A stretch of DNA of 64,000 nucleotides, taken from NCBI RefSeq assembly GCF_009914755.1, contig NC_060929.1; one strand, given 5' to 3'. The stretch is from the human T2T-CHM13v2.0 reference genome, Homo sapiens. Each line of letters starts with the position of its first letter. Within the stretch, counting starts at the first letter, position 1. The position numbers and the translations under genes were made by a program. The notes beneath the pieces were generated by a model, which made no database searches, was not told the origin of the DNA, and saw only the letters and a list, made by a program, of their open reading frames with translations. This document shows, in pieces, positions 1 to 15,205 of this stretch.

Positions 1-967
1 AAGAGCTTGGAAGACTGGAGACAGAAGGCAGAGTCTCAGGCTCTGAAGGTATAAGGAGTGTGAGTTCCTGTGAGAAACACTCATTTGATTGTGAAAAGAC
101 TTGAATTCTATGCTAAGCAGGGTTCCAAGTAGCTAAATGAATGATCTCAGCAAGTCTCTCTTGCTGCTGCTGCTACTCGTTTACATTTATTGATTACTTA
201 CGATGATTCAGGTACTGTTGTAAGTGCTTTACATGCTGTTATACGAGACTCTTGGGAGAAATCACTTTAATGAAGCTTGAGACACATGGCATTGCCATGC
301 AATGATTTTTCCCCCCTCTTCACGGGATCAGAGGGAACTAATAGAATGTGACAATGATTCTTTAGCAGGGACTGCTGAGGCTTCTGGTTCCTTTTTAAGA
401 TCTGCAGTGAAAGAAGATGAGAAACATGGATATGCCCTTCTTTTGGTCCCCCTCTTCCTTTATTTGATCTCTACTTCCTTCTATAAATATATTAGGGCTA
501 CATTGTCCCTTTGTATTTCAAACAAGGCAAAAAGAGGTTGTAATTACACTTTACTGCAATCCTCAGTTTCTCCAGGGAACAGGAATGCAAAGGCTTTGAA
601 GGCCTCTCTATTTGCTGACATGGTCAGCTGGGTGCCATGGGCCAAGTCCTTCTGTTGCCCTCCTCTGTCACCAAGTAAGCTAGGTCCTTTCTGAGGCTCA
701 GGTTTGCTGTGATGATGATCACTTTTAGGCAGAAGGTTAGAGGCCTCATGAGTGCTATATGGACTTTATTAGGCTTTAGATTTGATGGGGAATAAGGGAT
801 GTGATTTGTCTTTTGGGAACTCATCTTTGATTCATCATTGTCTCTTGGTATCTTGGAATTTCCATGTCATTACAGTCTACAGAATGAAAGAGTAACCTGT
901 CCCAGAGGAGAGGCAGGTGAAAGACTCCACAGCATGCTCATTCTCATTCTGTCTTCTCAGTGACACC

Positions 968-1110
968 GAGGTTTACTGAGTGCCCACTATGTGCCAAGCA
1001 CTGTGCTCAGGGCTTTCTTTGTATGCATGATCTCAGTGAATCTCACCAAGCCTCATCTGGAAAACGGGGACAAATTAACAACAGGATGGCAAACTGAAAA
1101 ACACGTAACC
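968..1110 (-). mobile_element. MIR SINE fragment
   Basis: tttactgagtgcccactatgtgccaagcactgtgct...aaactga resembles the MIR core. Confidence 0.55.
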
Positions 1111-1904
1111 ATGTTCTACAGATGGAAAGGGGTGCTTGGTTATTATGAAGGCCCCCTCGCAAGCGTGTGGGACATGGGTGTGTTCTCTGGGTTGTACTGA
1201 TCAGATCAAGGACCTCCCCCACCCTTCTCACACTCTGCCCACTTCCGCCCTTTGCTTATCAGACCCTTAGCCAGTGACTCATTCCAGAACCAGAACCTTG
1301 GTGAAATCTCAACCGACACCAGAGATCGGTGTCTTCAGTCCTAGACTGATGGAGAAAATCCAGAATATATACTAGAAGCTCCAAATGCTCTGGGTTTCAG
1401 CTCCTCTGTGCTGTGGACACTGACTTTGGCTCAGAACTCCGATTTAGTACAAAAGGCTCATTTTTATTTCAGGGGCACTCTTCCTAAAGCAAACCTAATA
1501 AATGAAATATGGAATTCACAGATACACACACACATTAAAAAATTAACCTAGTGTATCTGTGAGGAGTAGGCAGAAATTCACTGTATAAAAGAATGCTTCA
1601 TTTCATAGAGAATTTGTGTTAAGATTCCATTAGATAGTACATTTCTCAAAGATTTTTGAGGTTGTATTTGCTTTACCAAAACTTGGTTTATGTAAGTGGA
1701 AAAAGCATGTTGCAAAATAACTTGGTGTCTATGATTCAGTTTATGTAAAATAATAAATGTATGTAGGAATACGTGTGTTGAAAGATGTACATCAATTTGC
1801 TAACAATGGTTATCTCTGACGTGGTGGGATTTGAGATGTGTTTTTCTTTTTGGTTGTATTTTTCTCTATTGTTTGACTTAACACAGAACATGTTTGGTTA
1901 CAAC

Positions 1905-1910
1905 AATAAA
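1905..1910 (+). terminator. Candidate polyadenylation signal AATAAA
   Basis: caacAATAAAgttattgaagaca..., with upstream T-rich/TGTA elements and a CA about 12-20 nt downstream. Confidence 0.5.
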
Positions 1911-2208
1911 GTTATTGAAGACAATATAACACCCAATTGTGATGAGTCCAGACAGTACTCATGCTGTGCATTTATTAGACAGTATGCCATAGAGGTGGGT
2001 CATGGAGGAGTGGAGAGAGAGCCCTGATTTGTTGTCCCATGAAGAAGATAGGCACAGGGTAATATGTAGTGTGATTCTTTTTTTTTTTGCACGAGGAGAA
2101 GTGTGTGTGTATCCGTGTAAGTGTATGGATATCCAGTGGGTAGTGGGTGTTAAGATTGCAAGTGATTTTTTTCCCCTCTCCCTTAATCATGCTTTTCTGC
2201 CTAAATAA

Positions 2209-2757
<549 letters not shown>

Positions 2758-4095
2758 ATAGGGTCAATCAAGGGACATCTGCATTCCCCTGGAACTGAAA
2801 TATAGCTGACATTGACATGAAAGATGCTGGCCCACTCCTACAAGTATGCATGCAAGTATTCCGCAAAACTTATTTCTGAGAGATGAACAGCAGGACCCCA
2901 AAACTTCAAGATGGTTACAAGTGATATTTCCACCGGTGAATAGTAGATTTCTAGGTTTTTAATGTGCAAACTTTAGGTGCATAAAACCGCTTGAAGAAGT
3001 TGTCAATTAAGGCAGGTCATGCCCCTGACCCACAGACTAGGCATTTCCAAAGTATCTGTCATTTTAACCATCACTCACTGAATGTCATCAAGGAGGTCCT
3101 AGGACGACACTTAGAGCAACTATTCCAGGCTTTTTCAAATGCTGTTTTCCCCCTCCGTACTATTATGTTTCTTCTTCCCAATTCATCCTTTCTCTTCCTG
3201 TTGTGATTGATGGGGTCTCAGAAGCAGATTAGCCATCCTTTCGGCTCTGTGCTTGGGAGAGAATAGCTCACATGCTGCTAGAGAGGTGCCTTGGGAGTAA
3301 TAATAATGATAATGGAAGTATTGATTTGCCATCCTCTGATAACAAAGGAAGGTCATGATTTATCAGCTCACATTAATGGGATGAGGTGGAAAGTTGGACA
3401 CACTACCTCACAGTCTGCCTTTCCCTTGTGCTAGGTTGCTGGGATTCACTGATTTAGGGACACAGTGGTTTCCTAAGTCCTGCCAGCAGTCAAACCTTTG
3501 TTAGTTAAAATGGAAATTTCTTTTTTTCATATTTTCTCACATCTAGACTCTTGCCCTCTTTTCTAATAATATTTCAGAGAGGCAGCTCCCAGTTTGGGTG
3601 TCCAGGTGGTCAGAGAGTCTGGAAAAATGCTCTGGGGGCAGGAAACCAGGGTACAAGCCATCTTGTCTAGTTCCTCTTTGCTCTTCTTAGCACTAAGGTG
3701 ATTTCACAACAGTTTTTTAAGGATGTTCTGCTCCTATCTCCTGCGGAAGCCCTTCCAAGTAGAAGAGTTAATTTTGATTATTCCTGGGAAAGTGCAGAAA
3801 ATATAATTACAACTTTATTGGATATTTACAAGATACACAAGGTATCTTGTAATAATGAAAGATTTCTCTATTTTCTATATCTGAAAACTGAGGCTCAGGG
3901 AGGTTACATAATTTGCTTAAATTTCACACACAACATGTTAAGTGTCACAGCTAGGATGTTAATCAGGACTGCACAGTAAGAACCTATGTTCCTTTCACTA
4001 AAGTTTGTACTGTGTTAGGATTTACAATTTGTAAAGCACTTTAACACACATTAGTATATTTGCTGAACACCACATTCTTCCGTGAAATAGCTCTT

Positions 4096-4395
4096 CTTTT
4101 TTTTTTTCTCTTTGAGACAGAGTCTTGCTCTGTCACCCAGGCTGCAGTGCAGTGGTGTGGTCTCAGCTCACTGCAACCTCTGCCTCCTGGGTTCAAGCAA
4201 TTCTCCCTGCCTCAGCCTCCCGAGTAGCTGAGATTACAGGTGCCCACCACCACGCCTGGCTAATTTTTGTATTTTTTACTAGACAGGGTTTCGCTATGTT
4301 GGCCAGGCTGGTCTCGAACTCCTGACCTCAAGTGATCTGGCTGCCTTAGCCTCCCAAAGTCCTGGGATTACAGGCGTGAGCCACTGTGCCTGGCC
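4096..4395 (-). mobile_element. AluS (Sx/Sz-like)
   Basis: Full dimer; TSD atagctctt at 4087 and 4396. Confidence 0.95.
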
Positions 4396-4807
4396 ATAGC
4401 TCTTTTCATAATCCTAATTTTAGAGATAGGAAAGTGGAATTTTCAAAAGATTTTGCAACGTATCTGTGCCCCGTGCCATATAGCTGGTAACTGGTGACGT
4501 GGAGCCTCAAAACCAAAATCCCTATAGCAAAAAGATCATTTTTACTTAAAAAATGTATACAAATATACATGAACTTAGAAGGAAGGAAAGAAAAAAAATC
4601 TTTTGCCTCTGTTTCTGCAGTGTGACTGAAAACAGAAGAGCATGCATTGAGGCCCACTCTGACTTATTCCTCCACCTGTGCCTTTGGTCAGCAGGAGTGA
4701 GCCCCCGTCCATGACCAATTCCACCCCAAGGACACAGTTATACTTTAAAATATGTGACAATTGAGAAGCCATATGTGCTTTTTCTTTGGGTCCTGCAATG
4801 CTCCTAA

Positions 4808-5153
<346 letters not shown>

Positions 5154-6254
5154 ATATTTCCTTATTTTAAAACTTATTTTTCTTCTTATATATGTAATAT
5201 GAATTTATGGCAAATAAGTTTGAAAATATGGGAAAGTATAAAAGAGAAAATTTGAAGTTATTAAAATTTTTAAATTATGAAATTATGATTTTTTTTACTG
5301 GAAATTTAGAGAATTCAGAAAATCATAGGAGAAAAAAGTTATCTATACACTTATAGATTACCATTTTGGGTTATTTCTTTTCATTTTCACTTTTTTTTCT
5401 TTTACACGATTGGGATTATCTTTAATTTGTGTATCTGTGTTCTGTGTTCTGTTGTTTAACATTTTATAGTATGCTTTTCTTCATGTCCTTGCATGGTCTT
5501 TTTATTTATTTTAAATGGGTGCATATGCAGTTCATGGGCTGGATGCGCCTTTGTTTACATGATCATTTCCTTATTATCAGACATTCTGAACCTGGGTCTC
5601 CTGACTCTAAATCTGCTGCTATTTTTTGTCCCCACATATCTGTCTCTATTTCCTTTAGCTTCTTGTTTGCATTTATTTGAGAATTAATTGTGATGATTTT
5701 AGGAGTGTAAAAAACAGTATAAATAAATGTGTCTTGTATTACTACATAACGGTGCTAGTGTTGAGGATTTACTATGTGCCAATCTCTATTTCAATACTTT
5801 GAACAGCTTCTCATTAAAGCCCCCGCCTCCCACAACAACAGTAGATAGTTATTATTCCCATTATATAGATGATATCACAGACATACACAGAGGGTAAGTA
5901 TCATAGCACATTCATTTGTGTCTAGCAAAACTTCAGCTTACAGAGCCATATACAAATAGGCATTTATTTGTTCTTAGCCAGTCTGAATATGAGCAACTAC
6001 TACTAGCATTTGGGTTAGAGTCTCAGTGACATCAAGGCTGTTGTCACTGCAGAAATTTTCTCCTGTGCCTCTTGGTTTTAAAGTGGCTGCAAAAGCCATA
6101 GATATCACATCCTGATTCAGGGGAGGAAGAGAGAGAAACAGATGGTGTGGACTGGTCACATCCGCTCCTTTTATCAAGAAAGCACATTTTCTTTCCAGAA
6201 CCCCCTTCATCTCCCCAGCAGAATTCCACTCATGCATTATTGTGTTTTTCATGA

Positions 6255-6639
<385 letters not shown>

Positions 6640-6652
6640 TGGGAATCACTTT

Positions 6653-7015
6653 TGCTCTGGATTAAGTTATGTCCCCCAGAATTCATATGTTGAAGCCCTA
6701 ACCCCCCAGTGTGACTGTATCTAGAGATAGGGTCTAGGAGGTCATTATGGTAAAATGAGGTCATAAGGGTGGGGCCCTAAGACCCATAGGACTATGGCCT
6801 TATAGGAAGAGGAAGATTCAATCTCTCTCTCTCTCTCTCTCCTACCCCATCGCCACCCCCACCCCCCATGGTGACACAGTGAGAAGGCACCAAACTTGAC
6901 CATGTTGGCATCCTAATCTCAGACGTCTAGCTTCCAAACTGTGAGAAAACAAATTTGTTTTTTAAGCCACCCATTCTATGGTATTTTGTTATGGTAGTAC
7001 AAGCTGACCAAGACA
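6653..7015 (+). mobile_element. MLT1A-like MaLR solo LTR
   Basis: tgctctggatt...tgtcccccagaattcatatgttgaagccctaacccc...tttaagccacccattctatggtattttgttatgg...agaca. Confidence 0.8.
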
Positions 7016-7745
7016 AATAGCCACCACAAGATATCAGCGCTGGTCAAGTGTTGGTCTTATTTTTCCTAGCAGCCAATTTCATACAGGGGCCAACCATTGG
7101 CTAAGAATTGGTGTATATCACATCTCTGGCTTGGATTATGGTTGGAAGTGGCCCAGTGCCTGTCAAACCTCATCTCTCACTGAATATAACACCATCTAAT
7201 ACATGCCAACATTTTCATCAATATTACTGTCACCACAAAGTGCCATTAAAATAGAAGTGGTTTCATACATTATTTATCTGCAGCGTGTCTACTGAGTCAT
7301 TCTTTTGCTGGAGAGCTGTCTCCTTGGCATTTATAAACTTGGTAACAAATCTGCAGCTCACTGGATTCCTATCTTCAGGCTGTGACAGGGAAGAGGAGGC
7401 TCCATGAACTGTTTGGGCTGAAAGTAGTTGCTGTATCTCTTCCACCAGCCCAGAACACATTTATTAAGTGCCTGGTTGCACGTGATCTGAACGAGGGGCT
7501 ACACAGTGGACATTCTGAAAATGATTGGCTGTAACCCACTTTCTTTTGGTTAGAGGGGGTTCTAAAAGGATCCATTATTTATTAGTGATTTTCAGTTGTG
7601 ATTATTTTTAAATCAGAAATTCAAAATGGCAATTCTAATCAGTGGGAATACATTAATGAATAAAATAGTCATTACTGTCTTCATGGAATTGACGTTCTAG
7701 TAAAGAGGATATTTCATATATAAAACTAGATTTCTGGCTGTTTGA

Positions 7746-8174
<429 letters not shown>

Positions 8175-8489
8175 TGAGAACTGTCATTTGTCACACTCCT
8201 CATCACTCCTATTGTCTCATTTGATCCACATGGAATCTCAATGGAGTACATAACACTATTATTATCATTATTACTGCCACTTGCAGAGAAAGAAACTGAG
8301 GGTCAAAGAGGTGAAGTGACTGGCCAAGGTTTTCTAACTGTAGAAGATGGAGTGTGATATGAACCCACTCCTATGCAACTTCAGAGGCTGAAGTCTTTGC
8401 CACTATGCAGAGTGGTAATTCAGGAGGCAGGAACACAAAAATATCACTAAGCAAAAACATTCAACCCATATAAGATCAAATTAGAGCAG

Positions 8490-8990
8490 TGTATCAGCAG
8501 GAAACAGATGGCATCCTCAAATTAGGATAACTCAAGCAGAGTTTCATAAAGAAACTATTTACAAAGGCGTGGGCAGAGTGTAGGGAAACTGCAAGGCATA
8601 GTGCAGAACCCTAGATTAGTAATAGTAGGGCTCCATTACCACTCCTAAGCCTTTAGGGGCAGATGAGGGGGTGGGTTACTGAAACTGGGGAGACAGAACT
8701 GTGGGGAGGACTGCCTTATTTGAGCTAACATCTTTTGCAATGAAATGCAGCCAACACTTGGGGACTCCACAGGGAGGGAACTTGGAGAATAAATACCCCA
8801 AGCTCGTGCTCCAAGTTGTCTCTACTCCTTCCCTTTCTTTTCCTGCCAGTGCCAAACCCAATTGGAAGTCAGAGGGCAATGAACCTTTGATGCCTTCCTA
8901 CAGGTCAGCCTCTGGGAGCACAAAGTAGGGCAGAGAAGAGTGGAGAATGGCCCAGGAGACAAACTGAACACCCAGCACAGGGCGCAAGTC
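8490..8990 (-). mobile_element. Old ERVL-class LTR (LTR41/LTR33-like)
   Basis: cagcaggaaacagatggcatcctcaaattaggataa...ctatttacaaaggcgtgggcagagtgtagggaaac resembles recalled ERVL LTR termini; subfamily uncertain. Confidence 0.5.
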
Positions 8991-9024
8991 AAAGTCAAGA
9001 AGACCATGCTAGGGGACGAGGGAG

Positions 9025-9597
9025 AGTGGGGAATCAGAATATACCACCTCAAAATATGTTCTGTAGCAGAAGGATTATTTTGAGCTGAAGGCATTTGAGA
9101 TTCAACAGATGCAGAAAGAAGGTTTCCCTAAGCATCCCTTATCTGACTAAAAGCAGAAACTTCTGAGAAATGAAGACTGCCGTAAATCCCTTTTCCTGGG
9201 GAAGTTTTATGGCCTTGAAGGAGATGGAAGGCTGCACCGAAATGGACCTGCATAAACAAACTTTGCAAAGATAGCTCTTATCTTCCTTGAGTTTCCCCCT
9301 ATATTTACCTTCTACAGTTTTGGGAAGCCTAAACCCCAAACCCCCTTTCCCGTGTCTTGTCACATCTCTACAAATGTATCAACCTTTGTTGAAATGACTT
9401 AGAAGCCTCCAAGCCTTGCCACTTTTTTGGGCGTGTTTTCTCTAATTTATGAACCACCTCCACGGGCCACATAAACTTATAAAATCACACAAAGTTTGTA
9501 TGCTCTTCCTCCTCCTGTTAATCTGTCTTTTGACAGTTTACTTTGCAGGTGCGGACACTCAGCCTCCAAAGGTAGAGGAAACATCCCCCCTTTTACA
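9025..9597 (+). mobile_element. MER34-family ERV1 solo LTR
   Basis: cagaatataccacctcaaaatatg...aaggattattttgagctgaaggca...cagatgcag is the MER34 5' signature. Confidence 0.75.
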
Positions 9598-10409
9598 GCA
9601 GTGATGATGAGTAGGGGAAGAAATAAAGATAAGGATGAGTCCAGCTTTGATGGGGCTGGGAAAGCAACTCCTTTTCCTTCTCACTCTTTCTTACTCTCAT
9701 TCCTGTGAGGCCACCTTGTCTACTAGAAAAATGATTGATTCCGCATCAGAGATTCCTCAAGTTTGCAACAAAGGACTTGATACCTCTGTTTCGATGACTT
9801 TTCAGTTGGACAGATGGCTGAACTACTGAACTATGCAGGCTGGTGTCTTCCAGTTTTTTCGAGGAATGGTAGAGGGCATTAAATTCTACGTTCAGAAAGC
9901 GACATTGTAAAACCTCCAAGACAGGTCTGCCTGTTTTTCAAGTTCTCTAAAATCGATTCAGCTCAATCCTTGTCAAATACCATATATCCTGCTAAACGGA
10001 GCTATGTATTACCCACCACCAAAAACCATTTGCTTGCTTACTTTCAGAATTTGCCATTTCTGAAATCAACTGGACCATGGCTTTAGATCTTTAGGGAAGT
10101 AGGTTTTCATCAGTGAATTTCAATCATCTTTACAGTGACATTTCCCACAGCCCACCCCAGAGACAGTGATATGAATACCACTGTCAGCATAAGTAACAGT
10201 AACAAATTCAGGAGCACTTTAGTTAACACTTTAACAATTCAAATAGTCTAGAAACCTAGTCTACCTGGTTCAGAAACAGTGTGCTTCTGAGAATACATGG
10301 GGTGAGAGGACAGAGGCACATAGCATTGTTGAATGAGAACATTCACAAGAGCCTGGTATCATAGTTAATTTAGAAATTAGTTGTGACACCATTATTTATG
10401 TCTCCATGA

Positions 10410-10739
<330 letters not shown>

Positions 10740-10956
10740 CCAGTTCTTTTTCTTAGATAATGGAACCCCAATATTGTTCAGAGAGTAGGCAAGCCATGTG
10801 CCTCAAAGGAAGCTGAGCTTCGCAGCCCCAGAGATCAAATTGTTTGTCCCATCCAGGTTTGGTGCCCTCAGTCTCCACCAATGCTTGCATTCGCAGGACA
10901 TGTGATGCAGTTCTGACCAGTAGGCTATGAGGAGTCTTCTGGGACTGTGTCTAGCA

Positions 10957-11680
10957 CAGTGGTTCCCCCTTACCCACGGGAGGGACATTCCAAGACTCCC
11001 ACTGGATGTGTGAAACCGAGAATAGTACTGAAACTGACTGCCATCAGTCAGAACACGTTTCTGTTAACATCTTCCTTCCACACATGTAACGCCTTTTCCA
11101 TCTTAACTAAGCACTTATCACACACTGTGTCTGTAACTTTTGCAGTCTGAGGTGTGACAGTAAAACTAGCATGAATTTCTTTTTCCTTCCTCACAATTTC
11201 ACGGATAGACGATTCATTCATACTGTAGATATTAGCAGCATCAGCAAACGATTTCATTGCTTATTGAGAACTTTCACCTTTTCACATAAAAGAAGCACTT
11301 TAGGCTTCCCTGGCATATTTAAATTGCCATCACTACTCCTTTTGCGCTTTGGGGCCATTATTAAGTAAAATAAGGGTTACTTGAACCCAAGCACTGGGAT
11401 ACTGATACTGTGACAGTAGATCTGATAACAAGATCTGACTAAGTGATTAGCGGGTGGGTAGCATAGACAGCGTGGAGATGCTGGATAAAGGGATGATTCG
11501 CATCCTGGGTGGGATGATGTGGGATAGTGCAAGGTTTCATCATGCTACTCAGAACAATGCGTGATTGAAAACTTATAAACTGCTTATGTCTGGAATTTTT
11601 CATTTAGTATTTTTGGGCCCTGGGTGACCATGGGTAACTGAAACTGAGGAAAGCAAAACTGTGGATGAGGGGAGATCATT
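10957..11680 (-). mobile_element. MER44C-like (Tigger7-derived TcMar-Tigger deletion product) with a transposase N-terminal remnant, inserted in an old MaLR LTR
   Basis: TIRs cagtggttcccccttacccacgg / tgtggatgagggggagatcattg. ORF 11048-11257 (NESSIREIVRKEKEI...LVKMEKALHVW) is a pogo/CENP-B-type HTH remnant. Confidence 0.85.
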
Positions 11681-12330
11681 GTATAGATCTTTCTTGCTGC
11701 TAGAAAGAGTCGCATTGGAAGAAATAGTTGCCTCTTTTTCTGCTGGACATTATCGTAGCAGCTTGTGGTATTTTGAACTGTGGCAACTAGGAAATGATGG
11801 ACAGGGAACCAGATCTCCTGTTGAAAATGGGAGAGTGCAAAGATGCCGTATGACACCCATGAACCACTGAGTTCACCAACCCAAGTTCTATCCTCCCTCA
11901 GGTTTTCTAATGTGAGACAATAGGTTTCTTATTTGCTGGAGCCAGTAGACACAGGGGCCTGGATCCTGATGTGTCATACAGAGTCATGAAATTCAGGAGT
12001 CAGAGGGGAAGGAGAAGGGTAACTAATAATTTTAACAGATTATTTTTCTATTTTTTGATTAAAAATATACAAATGTAAAAATTCAATCAAGATGGAAGTG
12101 TTAAGAATGGGAACTGAAGTCTATAATTCTCCACCTCCTACCTACATATGAATGTAATGTTAAAAAAATAGGATCAGAGTAGACATAGCTAACAGTAAAG
12201 CTCAGTTCTTTGTACAAATACATGTCAGTCTACCCCATTCTTTTAAATAATATCTATAATATTCCAAAGTATAGATATACCATAATTTTTTCAATCTAAT
12301 ACAGGTGGTACTTTTAAAAATGTTCATCCA

Positions 12331-12617
12331 GATCGGTGCGGTGGCTAATGCCTGTAATCTCAGCATTTGGTGGGGCTGAGGCTGGAGGATCACTTGAGGT
12401 CAGGAGTTCAAGACCAGCCTGGGCAGCAGAGCGAAACCCTATATCTACAAAAAATTAAAAAAAAAAAATTAACTGGGCATGGTAGGGCAAGCCTATAGTC
12501 CCAGCTACTTGGGAAACATGAGCCCTGGAGGTGGGGTCTGTAGTAAGCTGTGGTCACGCTACTGCACTCCAGCCTGGGCAACAGAATGAGACTCTGTCTC
12601 AAAACAAACAAACAAAC
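12331..12617 (+). mobile_element. AluJ element
   Basis: Diverged dimer with ggaggatcacttgagg and a long middle A-rich linker. Confidence 0.9.
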
Positions 12618-12979
12618 ACTGTGATCCTTGGGTAAATATGTTCATGAGCCCTCAATCTCTGCCCTCAGTTATTTTCAGCAAGTCTCAGTGTCATTCAGAG
12701 AACATGCTCAGGGAGCAGCTATGTTGCACAGTGGATGGGACATGGGATTTGGGGTCAGGCAGATTGGGGCTGGGATTCATACTCCCACATACTAGCTGTG
12801 TTATCTTGGAAAGTGATTAAACCCCTTATGTCTCAGTTGTCTCATCCCTAAAAAAAGATAATAAAACCTACCTCTTAATATTGTTGTAAGAGTTAGAAAT
12901 AACATATTAAAGTATCCTTTACCCAGAAAAGTTATTCAATGAACAACAGCTATTGTTTTAGGAAAGGAGCTGCCTTTGT

Positions 12980-13359
12980 GAAATAGTTTAACTATCGACT
13001 AGTTAAACTAGCGAAATAGTTTAACTATCGACTAGTTAAGCTAGCGAAATAGTTTAACTATCGACTAGTTAAGCTAGCGAAATAGTTTAACTATCGACTA
13101 GTTAAGCTAGCGAAATAGTTTAACTATCGACTAGTTAAGCTAGCGAAATAGTTTAACTATCGACTAGTTAAGCTAGCGAAATAGTTTAACTATCGACTAG
13201 TTAAGCTAGCGAAATAGTTTAACTATCGACTAGTTAAGCTAGCGAAATAGTTTAACTATCGACTAGTTAAGCTAGCGAAATAGTTTAACTATCGACTAGT
13301 TAAGCTAGCGAAATAGTTTAACTATCGACTAGTTAAGCTAGCGAAATAGTTTAACTATC
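12980..13359. repeat. 33-bp minisatellite, 11.5 copies, unit GAAATAGTTTAACTATCGACTAGTTAAGCTAGC
   Basis: Read directly: period 33 from 12980 to 13343 plus a 17-bp partial unit. The only variant is A instead of G at 13007 in unit 1. Confidence 0.99.
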
Positions 13360-13427
13360 TTTGGTTCTTCTCACCGTGAACACAGTGGACAAATATGCAT
13401 GTGTACTTGTTAGTCTAAGATGATTAC

Positions 13428-13568
13428 TTTTTTTCTTCTTTTTTTTAAAGACAGTTTGACTATATTGCCCAGGCACCCAGGCTGGTCTCGAATGCCCAGG
13501 CTCAAGTGATCCTCCAGTTCCAGCTTCCGGAATAGCTGGGATTACAGGCACAAACCAGTGTGCTCAGC
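13428..13568 (-). mobile_element. FLAM / Alu monomer
   Basis: T-tract followed by a single left-monomer-like sequence. Confidence 0.8.
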
Positions 13569-13754
13569 AAACATAATTTCTTGAAATTACTCAGCAATTG
13601 TTCCCTAAATGGTGCAAGGTAGTATATGGAAACTAATCATCTAAATTCATCTTTGTGAATCCTGTAAAGAAGATAAACATTTAATCCCCATTTCATGGAC
13701 TGCAGAGTTTGAGCAATTTATCAAATAGGCCAGAAATAGACATTATTCATGGTA

Positions 13755-14050
13755 AGAAGATCTCAATAGGCTGGAATGATGGGTCAAATTAAACAAGGTG
13801 AACTATTTTAAGGAAAAATGTAAAATTTATCTGTTTAGTTATGTTTCTTTTTTTGCATGACGCAGAATGGGAGAAATGTCACTTAATAGCAGGTATAAAA
13901 AAGGCTTAAGAGTTTTAGGTGGCTGAAGTTCAGTGTGAAGCCATAGTGTGATCCAGCTGTCTAAAGAAGCAAATATAATCTTTGTCCTCATAAAGACAAG
14001 TAAGAAACTCAAAACGAGGAAGATAATGACTCCACTTAGTTTGCTTTTGT
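13755..14050 (+). mobile_element. L3/CR1 LINE fragment (continues ~14915-15010 and ~15210-15500)
   Basis: aagatctcaataggctggaatgatggg...aaatgtaaaatttt...cagaatgggaga...agtgtgatccagctgtctaaagaagcaaat resembles the CR1 ORF2 3' region. Confidence 0.6.
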
Positions 14051-15042
14051 TAGACCACATGCTCTAACAGTGGGGATGGCAAGTAACTGGCATGTGGGCT
14101 GAGGATTGTTGCTCGAATGCCCATGACAGATACCACTAATTAACCATATTCCACTGGGTTTAGATGTAGCCTCTGAACCTCTATCAACACAGTCTTTAAG
14201 GCAGCCAATAGTTTTTGAATGAAGTTGGCATGCAAGATGAAACCTACAGGTAACCAATGGACTGTAGGCTATTCTTACCATCTCCTTCCAAGGGGGCAGC
14301 TAGTGCTTATATCATGTATTCCAACCTTTTACCAGCCACAAAAGATTGAATAGGACCCAAGGGTTGTCAGTCTACAGGCTACTTTGAAGAGCTTTATTTA
14401 AACTGAAACAAGCTTACCTCACTCTGATTCCCTCTTTGGGGAGTTTGAACTTGGGAAAAGAAGGCAAATCAGAAGGTTGGTGGCAGGCCTCGAAGCTGAA
14501 CTCTTAATGGAGACCATGCTGTCGTAGAGGCCAAAAGGGAGCAGAAGGAAATCAGAAAACAGAAACAAGAATGAGGAAGCAGAAGCTATGAGGTAGAGAA
14601 AATCTACAAATGGAGAGGGGATATGGAATTGGTTGGTGGCAGCAGAAATAGCAGATGAGGCGGAGAGAGCTGAGGATGAACAGAGCCCCGCTGCTAAGGG
14701 ACTAACAAGAGCTCTTGTCCTCTGGGTAGAGATCCAGGTGTACTGCTATCTCTACTCCTCCCTAGAGGCCTCATTTGCCTGGGGTCCAATCAATCTGGCC
14801 ATGAATTTGAGATTCTTTTTTTTCTTACATCCACTATAACCACCTCCTATCGCTTGAGGTAGCCTGAGGAAAATCTTTGTTCCTTGTCGTCAAACATGTC
14901 TACTCAAGGTTCCTTGTCTAGTTTTGGGTGTCATATTGGTGAACTGGAGCAGGTCCCCAGGAGAGAGATTAGAAGGGTAAAGAGGCCAGGGAGCTCTCAC
15001 ACAGAAAGAGTTTTCAAAGGGATGAGGAGTACTTACCAAGAA

Positions 15043-15205
15043 CAGTGACCCTTAGAGTGTAATCACCAAGCAGCAGCAGTGGCATCTTAAGATGTAAATT
15101 TCTGGGCCCACCCCGGACCTACAGAAATTGTGGGGGTAAGGCCCTGGACTACGTGGTTTAACAAGACCTCCATGTCTGATGCATGCTTAAGTTTGAGAGC
15201 CACTG
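15043..15205 (+). mobile_element. MER5A-like MITE
   Basis: aaatttctgggcccaccccggacctacagaaa...tttaacaag...tgatgcatgcttaagtttgagagccactg. Confidence 0.7.

Larger units (their letters stand above)
1..1930 (+). other. Probable distal 3' UTR / terminal exon of an upstream gene (gene not identified)
   Basis: Repeat-poor, AT-rich sequence with several AATAAA hexamers (1497, 1752, 1905). The last is followed by CA dinucleotides and GT/T-rich sequence, after which dense TEs begin. Inference only; no coding exon is visible. Confidence 0.45.

Noticed and set aside
302-694. 130-aa ORF with a hydrophobic stretch
   Set aside because: No recognisable domain or splice context; it lies in probable 3' UTR and is consistent with a chance ORF.
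11048-11257. Possible domesticated Tigger/CENP-B gene
   Set aside because: Only 69 codons inside a TIR-bounded MER44 deletion product; no DDE domain.
12980-13359. CRISPR-like array (33-bp palindromic repeats)
   Set aside because: The units are head-to-tail with no unique spacers, there are no cas genes, and the context is primate DNA.
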